Below, piece after piece: positions 9,495-17,446 of a stretch of 64,000 bases of DNA. The stretch lies in NCBI GenBank assembly GCA_023130975.1, contig JAGMAD010000001.1:17238-81237 (forward strand), read 5' to 3'. The notes under the pieces were generated by a model that was not told the DNA's origin, did not search any database, and saw only the letters and a program-made list of their open reading frames with translations. The position numbers and the translations under genes are program-made. This DNA comes from Candidatus Parcubacteria bacterium (GTDB taxonomy: Bacteria; Patescibacteriota; Minisyncoccia; Minisyncoccales; JAGMDC01). Every line of letters starts with the position of its first letter. Position 1 is the first letter of the stretch.

Positions 9495-9686
9495 GTTTTC
9501 AATATAACTTATCTAAAAATTTTGTAAATCTTGACAGAATTTTATTAGTGTGCTACTATTTTAAATAGTTCTTAAAAACCAAAAAGGAGAATTTTCAGAG
9601 GCAGGAATTTGGTTGAAATAAGTTTTTTACCAGATTCCTGTTTCTGAGAAAAATTGGAGCAGAAACAGGTAAAAAGGAGATGAAAA

Positions 9687-9851
9687 ATGGTAAAAAAAGG
9701 AAAATTGGTAAGGATATCTGAGGAGATGGCCTTAATCAAAGCAAGAGAGCTTATCTCTGGAATATATCGCGGAGATAAAAGAGTGTATTCTGATACAGAA
9801 GAAACAGAAGCGGAAGAAATTTCAGGAATAGCAGGTATAAAGAAAGTATAG
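9687..9851 (+). CDS. Hypothetical small protein (54 aa, below ORF-track cutoff)
   Basis: ATG preceded by aaaaaggaga. Downstream of promoter TTGACA-17-TACTAT (9531-9559) and a structured leader. Confidence 0.3.
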   Translation: MVKKGKLVRISEEMALIKARELISGIYRGDKRVYSDTEETEAEEISGIAGIKKV

Positions 9852-9870
9852 GAAAATCAGGAAAAGAAAA

Positions 9871-10191
9871 ATGAGACGAGGAGAGAAAAGAAGAGAAAGA
9901 GAAATTTTGAAAACTCGGAGGAACATAAGGAGTTTTCTGAGAAAAATAGAGAGAAACCTTCAAAATGTCTCTTTGGTAGATGAAAAAAAAGGGTTAAAAA
10001 TCTCCAAAGAGGGAAATGGTTGGGCAGTCAAAAAAGCAGATATCGTTGATATCGAAATTGCTCCCCTAAAAAAAATAGGAAAAAGCTCTTTCCCTGTAAA
10101 GTTCACTTCGTTAGTAGACCTCGAAAAAGAGGTCAAAAGCGAAGAAGTAATAAATTTTGGAAAGTTCTTAGAAAAAGCAAAGATAATATAA
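9871..10191 (+). CDS. Hypothetical protein
   Basis: 106-aa ORF, purine-rich, with a basic N-terminus. No recognisable family. Confidence 0.4.
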   Translation: MRRGEKRREREILKTRRNIRSFLRKIERNLQNVSLVDEKKGLKISKEGNGWAVKKADIVDIEIAPLKKIGKSSFPVKFTSLVDLEKEVKSEEVINFGKFLEKAKII

Positions 10192-10210
10192 GGGATACAC
10201 TATGGTCCCT

Positions 10211-11332
10211 TTATTTTTTTAATATTTCTCTAAATGCCTTAATTACTTTTTCTAAATCTTCTTTATCAATAGAAAAAGTAGAAAGTTTGAAATGCTTGGT
10301 AAGGCCTGGTTTTATTCCTGTTATTCCTCGTTTCTTGAGTTCGTAATGCAAGAAAAATCTCCCTTTTGGATGTTTTAATGAAATTTTATAAAATGGCTCT
10401 GCTTTAAAAAATATTAAATCGTGTTTATGGGGTTTATCGCCTATTTGTTTCAGGCCTAATTTCTCCATTTCTTTTGAAAACCATTGGGCTTTTTTCTTTT
10501 CTTTTTCCCAATTTTTGACTCTTTCTAAAACAGCAGGGAATGAAGCCATTAAAGTAGCCATAGCTGTTCCTCTTAATTCAGAACCTAAAAATTCTATTTC
10601 TTGTTGAGGATAGATTTTTGATTTTCTCAAGATGATTTTTTCCCATTTTTTATCCATACCCAAGACGCCAATAGGTCCGGAGGAAGCCATTGATTTTTGG
10701 CCTGAACCAATTATGAAGTCAGCTCCAAGCTCCTTCATAGAAATTGGCATTCTTCCCACTGCATAAGCCCCATTGATTAAATACGGAACCTGGTATCTTT
10801 TGACAATCTCTCCCAATCTTTTGGCATCCGGTAAATTCCCATAATTTCCATCAGGATAAGTTAAAAGAACCAGGGCTGGTTTATGTTTTTTGATTAAGTC
10901 CTCATAATCCTCTACATTTATTTTATATTCCGGCTCTCCAGAATTTGGAACTTCAACAACTTTTAAGCCAGTCCTTTCAGCTGCTATAATGGTGGTATAA
11001 TGTCTGTTTCCATCAACAAGTATTGTCTTGCCTGGTTTTGCAATGGAATGTATTACATTAAATATGCCTTCCCTTACTCCAAGAGTAATTCTAACAATAT
11101 CTGCCCCCAAAAATTTTGGCATGGTTTCCTGAATAAATTCTTTAATTAAAGGCATTTCCATCAGTTCTAACCCAGGACTAAGATCATAGATAGAATATCC
11201 ATCACCAAACTCAACCAAGGCCTTTTCTGCCACCTTAGTTAATTCTCCTCCTTTCTGGATGGGATTTAAGTTAATCAATCCCTTATTCTTTCTTTCTAAT
11301 TTCTCAAATTTTTTGAGATTTTCATTAGTCAT
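10211..11332 (-). CDS. pscS: O-phospho-L-seryl-tRNA:Cys-tRNA synthase (SepCysS) homologue, cysteine-free
   Basis: Full-length similarity to archaeal SepCysS as recalled (INLNPIQKGG, GDGYS, VRITLGVREG, LLTYPDGNYGNLPDAK, NGAYAVGRMP, PLP-Lys motif GSGQKSMASSGP, TLMASFPAVLERVKNW, YELKKRGITGIKPGLTK). Overlaps sepS by 8 nt. Confidence 0.85.
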   Translation of the reverse strand: MTNENLKKFEKLERKNKGLINLNPIQKGGELTKVAEKALVEFGDGYSIYDLSPGLELMEMPLIKEFIQETMPKFLGADIVRITLGVREGIFNVIHSIAKPGKTILVDGNRHYTTIIAAERTGLKVVEVPNSGEPEYKINVEDYEDLIKKHKPALVLLTYPDGNYGNLPDAKRLGEIVKRYQVPYLINGAYAVGRMPISMKELGADFIIGSGQKSMASSGPIGVLGMDKKWEKIILRKSKIYPQQEIEFLGSELRGTAMATLMASFPAVLERVKNWEKEKKKAQWFSKEMEKLGLKQIGDKPHKHDLIFFKAEPFYKISLKHPKGRFFLHYELKKRGITGIKPGLTKHFKLSTFSIDKEDLEKVIKAFREILKK

Positions 11333-12752
11333 TTTTCTCTATTTCCATATCCACAAAAATAGGACCCCTAACATCAATCTTTTTGTTTTTTGAGGTGATA
11401 AATTTTTCCATTACTTTTTCTAATTCCAAATTAATTGACGGCAAAGTATCAGCTATTTTTATGGTATGCCTGCCAAAAGATTTCTTTTCAGCCAGCCAAG
11501 CGAACAAATTGGAAATCGCTTCTATGTAACTGTAGACCTTAATTCCTTTTTGAACCTCTTTTTGAAACTTTTTATCATTTTTATTTATTCCTAAAATATT
11601 TCCTTGATAAACATAGACAGTATTTAATCCGGCCGGTCCCAACAGTTTTTTATTGGTCTCGGGTTCGCTGATAAAAATTTTAACATCCTGATCCTTATAA
11701 ATTAGAAATTTTTGGGGACCAATTTCATCTTTGTATTTCAAAATGGCTTTTTCAATTTTTTTCTTTAATACTTTGCCTATTTTTGTCTTTGGCTGTTTTT
11801 TTAATTTAATATGAGAAGCAATTTCCTTATCATTAAAGACAGAAGAGGCATAAAATTGGGGATAAACCAATTTCCGAATATCAGTTATATTTTTTTTAAG
11901 CATGGCGAGCCGTTCCACCCCAAAGCCAACATTGAAAACCGGGTAGGGGATATTGTAATTAGACAAACTTATCGGAGAGTATAGCCCGCCATCTCCAACC
12001 TCTATGTTTTTATCTTTCTGTTTCACAAAAACTTCAAATTCTGTTTCCGGGGCGTAATAATTTGATGTCGCTGTTTTGGTTTCAAAGATAACTTTTGGAA
12101 AACCCATTTTTGAGAGGATTTTTTTTGTTAGGATTTTGCCTTCATTTAAATCAAGCTTTTTATCAACAACCACCAAAGAAGCGCTTAGGGACTCGTAAAG
12201 ATGCAAAGAATCTTGCTGCTGTTCTCTTCTAAATTTACTTCCGATAGAGAAAAGCTTTAAGGGAAGAATGTTTTTCTTGATGAGAGAGTTAATGGTCAGA
12301 AACCAAGCAGCAGTCATATGGGAACGGAGAACAGATTTTGTTGGTATTGGCTTTAATTTTTTGAGTTTTGGGAATAAAGTTAAAATCTCTGTTGCTTTTT
12401 CTGCTTTTATTTTTAACTTTTTGACCATTTCTTCAATCAAGTTATCAGCCTCTATCGTCCCTTTTTTAAATTCACGGAAGATTTTTTGAAGCTCTTTAAC
12501 ATCAATATCGGCAATTTTTTTTATCTCTCCAATGGTTTTTTTGGATATCCCAAGTTCGGGGATAGGAAGACCAGCTAAATAAAAACTCCTATTTAAAATA
12601 AGAGGAGCTTCGGCTCCATATTGCCTGTAAACATCTTTTTCCTGAATAATTGAAGGGTTTATTATTTCTTCAAACCCATAATCAAGAAAAACTTTTCTAA
12701 ATTTTTCAGTTAGCTCAATAACAGAATGTGGCTTACCTTTTTTTCTTTTCAT
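11325..12752 (-). CDS. sepS: O-phosphoserine--tRNA ligase (SepRS)
   Basis: Near-collinear with M. jannaschii SepRS as recalled (FYLAGLP, FKKGTIEADNLIEEM, LRSHMTAAWFLT, LPLKLFSIGSKFRREQ, YYAPETEFEV, GLYSPISL, NVGFGVERLAM, VYPQFY, KKLLGPAGLN..VYVY.GNI, IDVRGPIF). Start moved to the ATG at 12752 because the tracked extension runs through the tRNA-Cys gene. Confidence 0.9.
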   Translation of the reverse strand: MKRKKGKPHSVIELTEKFRKVFLDYGFEEIINPSIIQEKDVYRQYGAEAPLILNRSFYLAGLPIPELGISKKTIGEIKKIADIDVKELQKIFREFKKGTIEADNLIEEMVKKLKIKAEKATEILTLFPKLKKLKPIPTKSVLRSHMTAAWFLTINSLIKKNILPLKLFSIGSKFRREQQQDSLHLYESLSASLVVVDKKLDLNEGKILTKKILSKMGFPKVIFETKTATSNYYAPETEFEVFVKQKDKNIEVGDGGLYSPISLSNYNIPYPVFNVGFGVERLAMLKKNITDIRKLVYPQFYASSVFNDKEIASHIKLKKQPKTKIGKVLKKKIEKAILKYKDEIGPQKFLIYKDQDVKIFISEPETNKKLLGPAGLNTVYVYQGNILGINKNDKKFQKEVQKGIKVYSYIEAISNLFAWLAEKKSFGRHTIKIADTLPSINLELEKVMEKFITSKNKKIDVRGPIFVDMEIEKND

Positions 12753-12753
12753 A

Positions 12754-12824
12754 AGCCGGGAGGGAGAGTCGAACTCCCTTGAACCGGTCTGCAGCCGGCC
12801 GCATATCCGTTCTGCCATCCCGAC
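12754..12824 (-). tRNA. tRNA-Cys (anticodon GCA)
   Basis: Hand-folded cloverleaf. Acceptor GUCGGGA/UCCCGGC, U8, D stem GCA(G)/(A)UGC, anticodon arm GCCGG-CUGCAGA-CCGGU, 4-nt variable loop, T arm GGGAG-UUCGACU-CUCCC, discriminator U73. CCA is not encoded. Confidence 0.85.
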
Positions 12825-12864
12825 CTGTTTTTTTTATTATATCTAATATAAGCAATTCTTTCAA

Positions 12865-12961
12865 CCCCCATACCATAACAAGGATAGGCGAATTCGCAAA
12901 GCGAATTCGCTAACCCGCCAAACCCTTTGGGTTTGGCGGAAATCCTTGTTTGGTGTGGGGG
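12865..12961. mobile_element. GC-rich palindromic MITE-like element, family 1, intergenic copy (97 nt)
   Basis: Termini CCCCCATACCATAA / TTTGGTGTGGGGG. Extended stem ACAAGGA/TCCTTGT. Two inner hairpins (gcgaattcgc x2; ccgccaaaccc-ttt-gggtttggcgg). Flanked by direct tcaa/tcaa. Confidence 0.6.
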
Positions 12962-13010
12962 TCAACCCCGAAACCTTGTCAAGACAGGACAATTTTGATA
13001 ATATGAACTA

Positions 13011-13607
13011 ATGAAAAAGACAGATATTATTGTAGCTCTTGTTATTGGAGAGCTAATTGCTTTATTAAGTTTCGGCATTTTAAAAAATCTTGGCTTGGAA
13101 GCAAAACTGTTATATTGGATTTGGCCTGTTTTCCTGCCTGTTTTTTGTTTGACCTGTCTTTATATAGCTCATATCTTAAGCCAGAAAATAAAAGTATTCT
13201 GGCAATTGGCTAAATTTGTCTTAGTAGGAGTATTAAATACAGTTATTGATTTAGGGATTTTAAATTTTTTAATGTTATTTTCAGGAGTTGTTTTGGGCCC
13301 ATATTATTCTTTATTTAAAGGAATTTCCTTTATTGCGGCAACAATAAACAGTTATTTTTGGAATAAATTCTGGACATTTGGAAAGAAAAAAACTGTTAAA
13401 CCCAAAAAAGAATTTTTACAATTCTTTATTATTAGTGCTATTGGTTTTGCAATAAATGTTGGTACTGCTTCTATAATAGTAAATTTAGTCGGCCCTCAAT
13501 TCAATTTGAATTTGGCTCAATGGGCGAACATAGGAGCAATTAGTGCTTCTTTTGCCGGATTAACCTGGAATTTCCTCGGCTACAAATTCATCGTCTTCAA
13601 GAAGTAA
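13011..13607 (+). CDS. GtrA family membrane protein
   Basis: Four TM helices. FVLVGVLNTVIDLGILNFL and C-terminal WNFLGYKFIVFKK are typical of GtrA-like proteins. Confidence 0.8.
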   Translation: MKKTDIIVALVIGELIALLSFGILKNLGLEAKLLYWIWPVFLPVFCLTCLYIAHILSQKIKVFWQLAKFVLVGVLNTVIDLGILNFLMLFSGVVLGPYYSLFKGISFIAATINSYFWNKFWTFGKKKTVKPKKEFLQFFIISAIGFAINVGTASIIVNLVGPQFNLNLAQWANIGAISASFAGLTWNFLGYKFIVFKK

Positions 13608-13647
13608 TTTAAAAATTTAAAATTATAAAATTAAAAATTCTTATTAT

Positions 13648-14784
13648 ATGTCCTTAGCTCTATATCGAAAATACAGGCCCCAGACCTTTAAAGAAATCGT
13701 TGGTCAGGAACATATTGTGAAAACCCTGACCAATGCCATTGCTTCAGGAATGATTTCCCATGCTTATTTGTTTTCCGGTCCTCGTGGCTCTGGAAAAACT
13801 TCAGTTGCTCGGCTTTTGGCAAAAGCAGTGAATTGTGAAAATCTAACATCTAATATCCAAAATCAAAAATCCAATTTCGAGCCCTGCAACCAATGTTCCT
13901 CCTGCTTGGAAATCAAACAAGGTAAAGCCATAGACCTTATTGAGATTGATGCCGCTTCCCATCGGGGAATTGATGAAATAAGAGAATTGAGAGAGGGCAT
14001 CAGGTTTGGACCGACAAAATCAAAATACAAAGTATTTATCATTGATGAAGCGCACCAATTAACACGAGAGGCAGCCAATGCCTTATTAAAAACCTTGGAA
14101 GAGCCGCCATCCTATGCTATTTTTATTTTAGCTACTACAGAAATCCATAAAATGATTCCTACGATTATTTCCCGCTGCCAAAGATTTGATTTTCGCAAGT
14201 TAACATTGGAAGAGATTATCAAAAGATTAGAACTCATCTCTAAAAAAGAAAATGCCAGGATTGAAAGACCTGCCCTAGAGCTAATTGCCTTAAATTCTGA
14301 AGGAGCAATCAGGGACGCTGAGAGTTTGTTAGACAGGGTTTTGACTTTTAAATTAGAAACAAAAGAAGAAATAAAAGCAGAAGAGATTAAAGACCTCTTG
14401 GGATTGGTAGAAATAAATCAAGTTAGTAAATTTGTTGAACTGATTTCCCAGAAAAAAGCAGCTGAAGCAGTGGATTTTTTAAACAACCTCATTAACAGAG
14501 GACAGGATATCCAGGAATTCAGCCGGGCATTAGTAAATTATTTAAGACAGGCATTGATTTTAAAAATAAGCGGAGGAAGAGGAGAGAATAATCCGCTCAT
14601 CACTGGCTTGACTAAAGAAGAAATCCAGAACCTTGAAAAGCAAGTAGAGAAATTTACAGAACAGGAGCTTCAAAAAATCATCAACCTTTTTTTACAGGCC
14701 GAAAACAGAATTAAATACTCATCTATACCTCAATTACCTCTGGAATTAGCAATCGTAGAAATAGTTGGAGAAGAACAAAAATAA
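13648..14784 (+). CDS. dnaX: DNA polymerase III subunit gamma/tau (short form)
   Basis: LYRKYRPQTF..VGQEH, Walker A GPRGSGKTS, zinc module CNQCSSC, DEAHQLT, SRCQRFDF. Confidence 0.95.
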   Translation: MSLALYRKYRPQTFKEIVGQEHIVKTLTNAIASGMISHAYLFSGPRGSGKTSVARLLAKAVNCENLTSNIQNQKSNFEPCNQCSSCLEIKQGKAIDLIEIDAASHRGIDEIRELREGIRFGPTKSKYKVFIIDEAHQLTREAANALLKTLEEPPSYAIFILATTEIHKMIPTIISRCQRFDFRKLTLEEIIKRLELISKKENARIERPALELIALNSEGAIRDAESLLDRVLTFKLETKEEIKAEEIKDLLGLVEINQVSKFVELISQKKAAEAVDFLNNLINRGQDIQEFSRALVNYLRQALILKISGGRGENNPLITGLTKEEIQNLEKQVEKFTEQELQKIINLFLQAENRIKYSSIPQLPLELAIVEIVGEEQK

Positions 14785-14789
14785 AAGAT

Positions 14790-14860
14790 TGCCGGGTCGT
14801 CTAATGGTAGGACAACAGCCCTTGGAGCTGTCTATTTAGGTCCGAATCCTAACCCGGCAG
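14790..14860 (+). tRNA. tRNA-Gln (anticodon UUG)
   Basis: Hand-folded. Acceptor UGCCGGG/CCCGGCA (U1:A72), discriminator G73, D arm GUCU-AAUGGUA-GGAC, anticodon arm ACAGC-CCUUGGA-GCUGU, T arm UUAGG-UCCGAAU-CCUAA. CCA is not encoded. Confidence 0.8.
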
Positions 14861-14873
14861 CAAACTTCAAGCC

Positions 14874-14899
14874 GCCTCGCCAAGAAGGCGATTTTTTTT
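14874..14899 (+). terminator. Intrinsic terminator after dnaX / tRNA-Gln
   Basis: GC hairpin (tcgcc-aagaa-ggcga) followed by T8. Confidence 0.75.
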
Positions 14900-14976
14900 G
14901 TTTGGTCTTGACTTTTGTTGTTTTTAAAATTAGTATTGAAAATACAGCACATAATATATAAAAAAGAGGTGAGAAG

Positions 14977-15516
14977 ATGAGAAAAGAAATAAGAAAATTT
15001 GTTTTTGGGGCTTTAAGAACAGGTATTCTACTATTCATTGGGATAGGAATATTTGGTTGGGCGATAGATTTAATATTAAAGGGAAACAGTCTTTTTTTAG
15101 GATTAATTCCTGGCTGGCAGAGTCAACAAATATTTGTCAAAGCAGGTCTTGGGCTTCTGCTCTTAATAGTCATGGGAGCAGTCATAAACTCCTTGATGAG
15201 CAAGGGGAAGCAACACTGGATTTTGGGAAGATTGACTTCAATAGGACATCTTTCAGAAAACCTATTGAACGCTCAGGTAGTAGGGATTGAGGTATTTCCC
15301 GGAAAGTATCTTTTGGGCTTTACCAATAAAGAAGTGATTTCCAACCCTAAAGTCAATCTTGTTCCAGTAATGGTCCCGAACACGCCTGTTCCCCTTACCG
15401 GATTTACCTTTTTGGTAGAGAAGGAGTCCTTGAAAGAAATTGAAATGAAGCCCCGTGAAGCATTTGCTGTATTGGCAAGCGGAGGATTTTTAAGAGAATA
15501 TTTGAGAAAAGCTTAG
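14977..15516 (+). CDS. DUF502 family membrane protein
   Basis: Two N-terminal TM helices plus the conserved PNTPVPLTGFTFLV..EIEM..EAFAVLASGG block of DUF502/COG2928. Confidence 0.75.
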   Translation: MRKEIRKFVFGALRTGILLFIGIGIFGWAIDLILKGNSLFLGLIPGWQSQQIFVKAGLGLLLLIVMGAVINSLMSKGKQHWILGRLTSIGHLSENLLNAQVVGIEVFPGKYLLGFTNKEVISNPKVNLVPVMVPNTPVPLTGFTFLVEKESLKEIEMKPREAFAVLASGGFLREYLRKA

Positions 15517-15753
15517 AATTTTTTATTCTAAGCTTATTTTTTTTAATTCAAGTTATCCCTAATTGGGTCTTGACACGATTTTTGAAACCTATAAAAAGAG
15601 CATAGACAAAATCTAACTATGCTCTATTTTTTTGTCAAGGGGCTTGAATTTTATTTCCTTCAAGTTTATACTATAATAAAAGATAAGTCCTATCTTTAAA
15701 AAGGTCGAATTAAGAGAAAAAATACGTTTTATAAAATTAAAACAAAATATAAA

Positions 15754-16665
15754 ATGAAAAAAATTATTGCTATTCTTTTAAGCACAGGTATTTTATTCAC
15801 TGTTTTATGTGCGCCTGTTTTTGTTTCAGCCACAACATCAAATAATTCTTCTGCGCAGGAACTTATCCAGACATTACAACAGCAGATTGAAAAGTTAAAA
15901 GCCCAGATAGAAGCATTAATTACACAGATAGAATCATTAAGACAAGCAAAGTTAGAAGCAAGGGAGACGACCAAAGAGATTAAAGGAACCTTAAAACTAA
16001 TCAGACATTTACGTCAGGGCATGAGTGGTGAAGATGTTAAGCTGTTGCAGGAAGTATTGGCAACAGACACAGATGTTTATCCTGAAGGACTGGTTACAGG
16101 ATATTTTGGCCCATTGACAAAAAATGCAGTAAAAAGATTTCAAAAAATAGCAGGCATTGAACAAGTTGGACTAGTCGGACCAAAAACATCAGCCAGGATT
16201 AATGAATTGCTTCTTGTGGGTGCAGGTAAATCCGGTAAAGTGCCGCCCGGTCTTTTAATTGCTCCAGGAATTAGGAAAAAAGTTGACCTTGAACTTCTTA
16301 AGCCATTACCTGGACAGAAACTTCCTCCTGGTATTGCTAAAAAATTGGGTGTAATTGGAGAAGACATTACACCGCCTGTTATTTCAAATGTTACAGCAAG
16401 TAACATTACCGGTATTTCAGCCGAAATTACTTGGACCACTGATGAGGAAGCAGACAGCAGGATCTGGTATAGCACGATATCTCCGCTTGTCACTACAACT
16501 GATTCAACCCTGGATGCAATCTCTACTGATCTTGTGTTAGATCACGAAATCACATTATCTGATCTTTTCCTGGATACTATCTACTACTTTATAGTAAATT
16601 CTACTGATGAAGCGGATAATAATGAAATCAGCGAGGAAGAAACATTTACTACACTTGCAGAGTAA
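15754..16665 (+). CDS. Secreted protein with peptidoglycan-binding domain and Fn3-like C-terminal domain
   Basis: Signal peptide, coiled coil, PG_binding_1-like block (GEDVKLLQEVL..GYFGPLTKNAVKRFQ), then ISNVTASNITGISAEITWTTDEEADSRIWY. Confidence 0.75.
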   Translation: MKKIIAILLSTGILFTVLCAPVFVSATTSNNSSAQELIQTLQQQIEKLKAQIEALITQIESLRQAKLEARETTKEIKGTLKLIRHLRQGMSGEDVKLLQEVLATDTDVYPEGLVTGYFGPLTKNAVKRFQKIAGIEQVGLVGPKTSARINELLLVGAGKSGKVPPGLLIAPGIRKKVDLELLKPLPGQKLPPGIAKKLGVIGEDITPPVISNVTASNITGISAEITWTTDEEADSRIWYSTISPLVTTTDSTLDAISTDLVLDHEITLSDLFLDTIYYFIVNSTDEADNNEISEEETFTTLAE

Positions 16666-16698
16666 AAAGAATACCTGACTCCGCAGTTATGACTTCTA

Positions 16699-16836
16699 GC
16701 CCGAGGCAACCTTGTTCTGAGCTCGTCCTGAGCTCGTCGAAGGACTGCCTCGGGCTTTTGTTTTTCATTGATAAAAACCCAAAAATGAGTTAAATTAAAA
16801 GAATGGAGGAAAATAAAAACAGAATAAAAGATTTAG
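16699..16836 (+). repeat. Duplication copy A: GC terminator hairpin, radC promoter and first 11 radC codons
   Basis: gcccgaggc...gcctcgggcttttgttttt, then attgataaaaacccaaaaatgagttaaattaaaagaATGgaggaaaataaaaacagaataaaagattta. Matches 17523-17671. Confidence 0.85.
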
Positions 16837-16861
16837 CGAAAGTTAAAAAATATTTAAAAAT

Positions 16862-17386
16862 ATGGCGACACAAGATTTAGCTAAAAAACCTAAAGACCAA
16901 ATTTATTACGCTTTTATTGATAGCCAGAATCTAAATTTAGGCATCCAAAGTTGTGGCTGGAAATTAGATTTTGCCAGATTTTATATTTATCTTAAGGATA
17001 AGTATAAAGCGGAAAAAGCGTTTTTGTTTATTGGTTATGTTGCCGGCAATGAGGCACTATACACCTTTCTACAAAAAACAGGATATATTGTTATATTTAA
17101 GCCAACATTAGAATACAAAAAGGACGATGTAGTGCATACCAAAGGCAATGTTGACGCTGAATTAGTTTTACACACAATGATAGAATACCCAAATTATGAT
17201 AAAGCGGTTATCGTTTCTGGCGATGGTGATTTTCACTGCTTAATTGAATATTTAGAACAAAAAAGAAAATTGGGACGAGTTATTATTCCGAACAGAAAGA
17301 GTTATTCTCAGCTTCTCTGGAAATTCAAAAAATATATGGATTTTATGAATAATTTAAGAAATAAACTTGAAAGACACAACAAATAA
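16862..17386 (+). CDS. NYN (LabA-like, PIN-superfamily) domain protein, copy 1
   Basis: YAFIDSQNLNLG, FLFIGY, GNVDAELVLHTM, VIVSGDGDFHCLIEYL. Paralogue of 21828-22346. Confidence 0.8.
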   Translation: MATQDLAKKPKDQIYYAFIDSQNLNLGIQSCGWKLDFARFYIYLKDKYKAEKAFLFIGYVAGNEALYTFLQKTGYIVIFKPTLEYKKDDVVHTKGNVDAELVLHTMIEYPNYDKAVIVSGDGDFHCLIEYLEQKRKLGRVIIPNRKSYSQLLWKFKKYMDFMNNLRNKLERHNK

Positions 17387-17440
17387 AAAAAGGGGTGTCG
17401 CTTTAAGGACGAAACCTTAAAGACTTTTCCCCTTCGTGAT
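17385..17440 (-). ncRNA. Candidate ~55-nt hairpin RNA convergent on NYN copy 1
   Basis: Bounded by the promoter at 17447-17474 and a hairpin plus U run (GAAGGGG..CUUUAAGG-UUUCGU-CCUUAAAG..CCCCUUUUUUU). Start is approximate. Confidence 0.4.
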
Positions 17441-17446
17441 ATATTA

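Noticed and set aside
12753-12818. N-terminal 22 codons of the tracked SepRS ORF (MAERICGRLQTGSREFDSPSRL).
   Set aside because: They are the tRNA-Cys gene read as protein. The homology to SepRS begins after the ATG at 12752.
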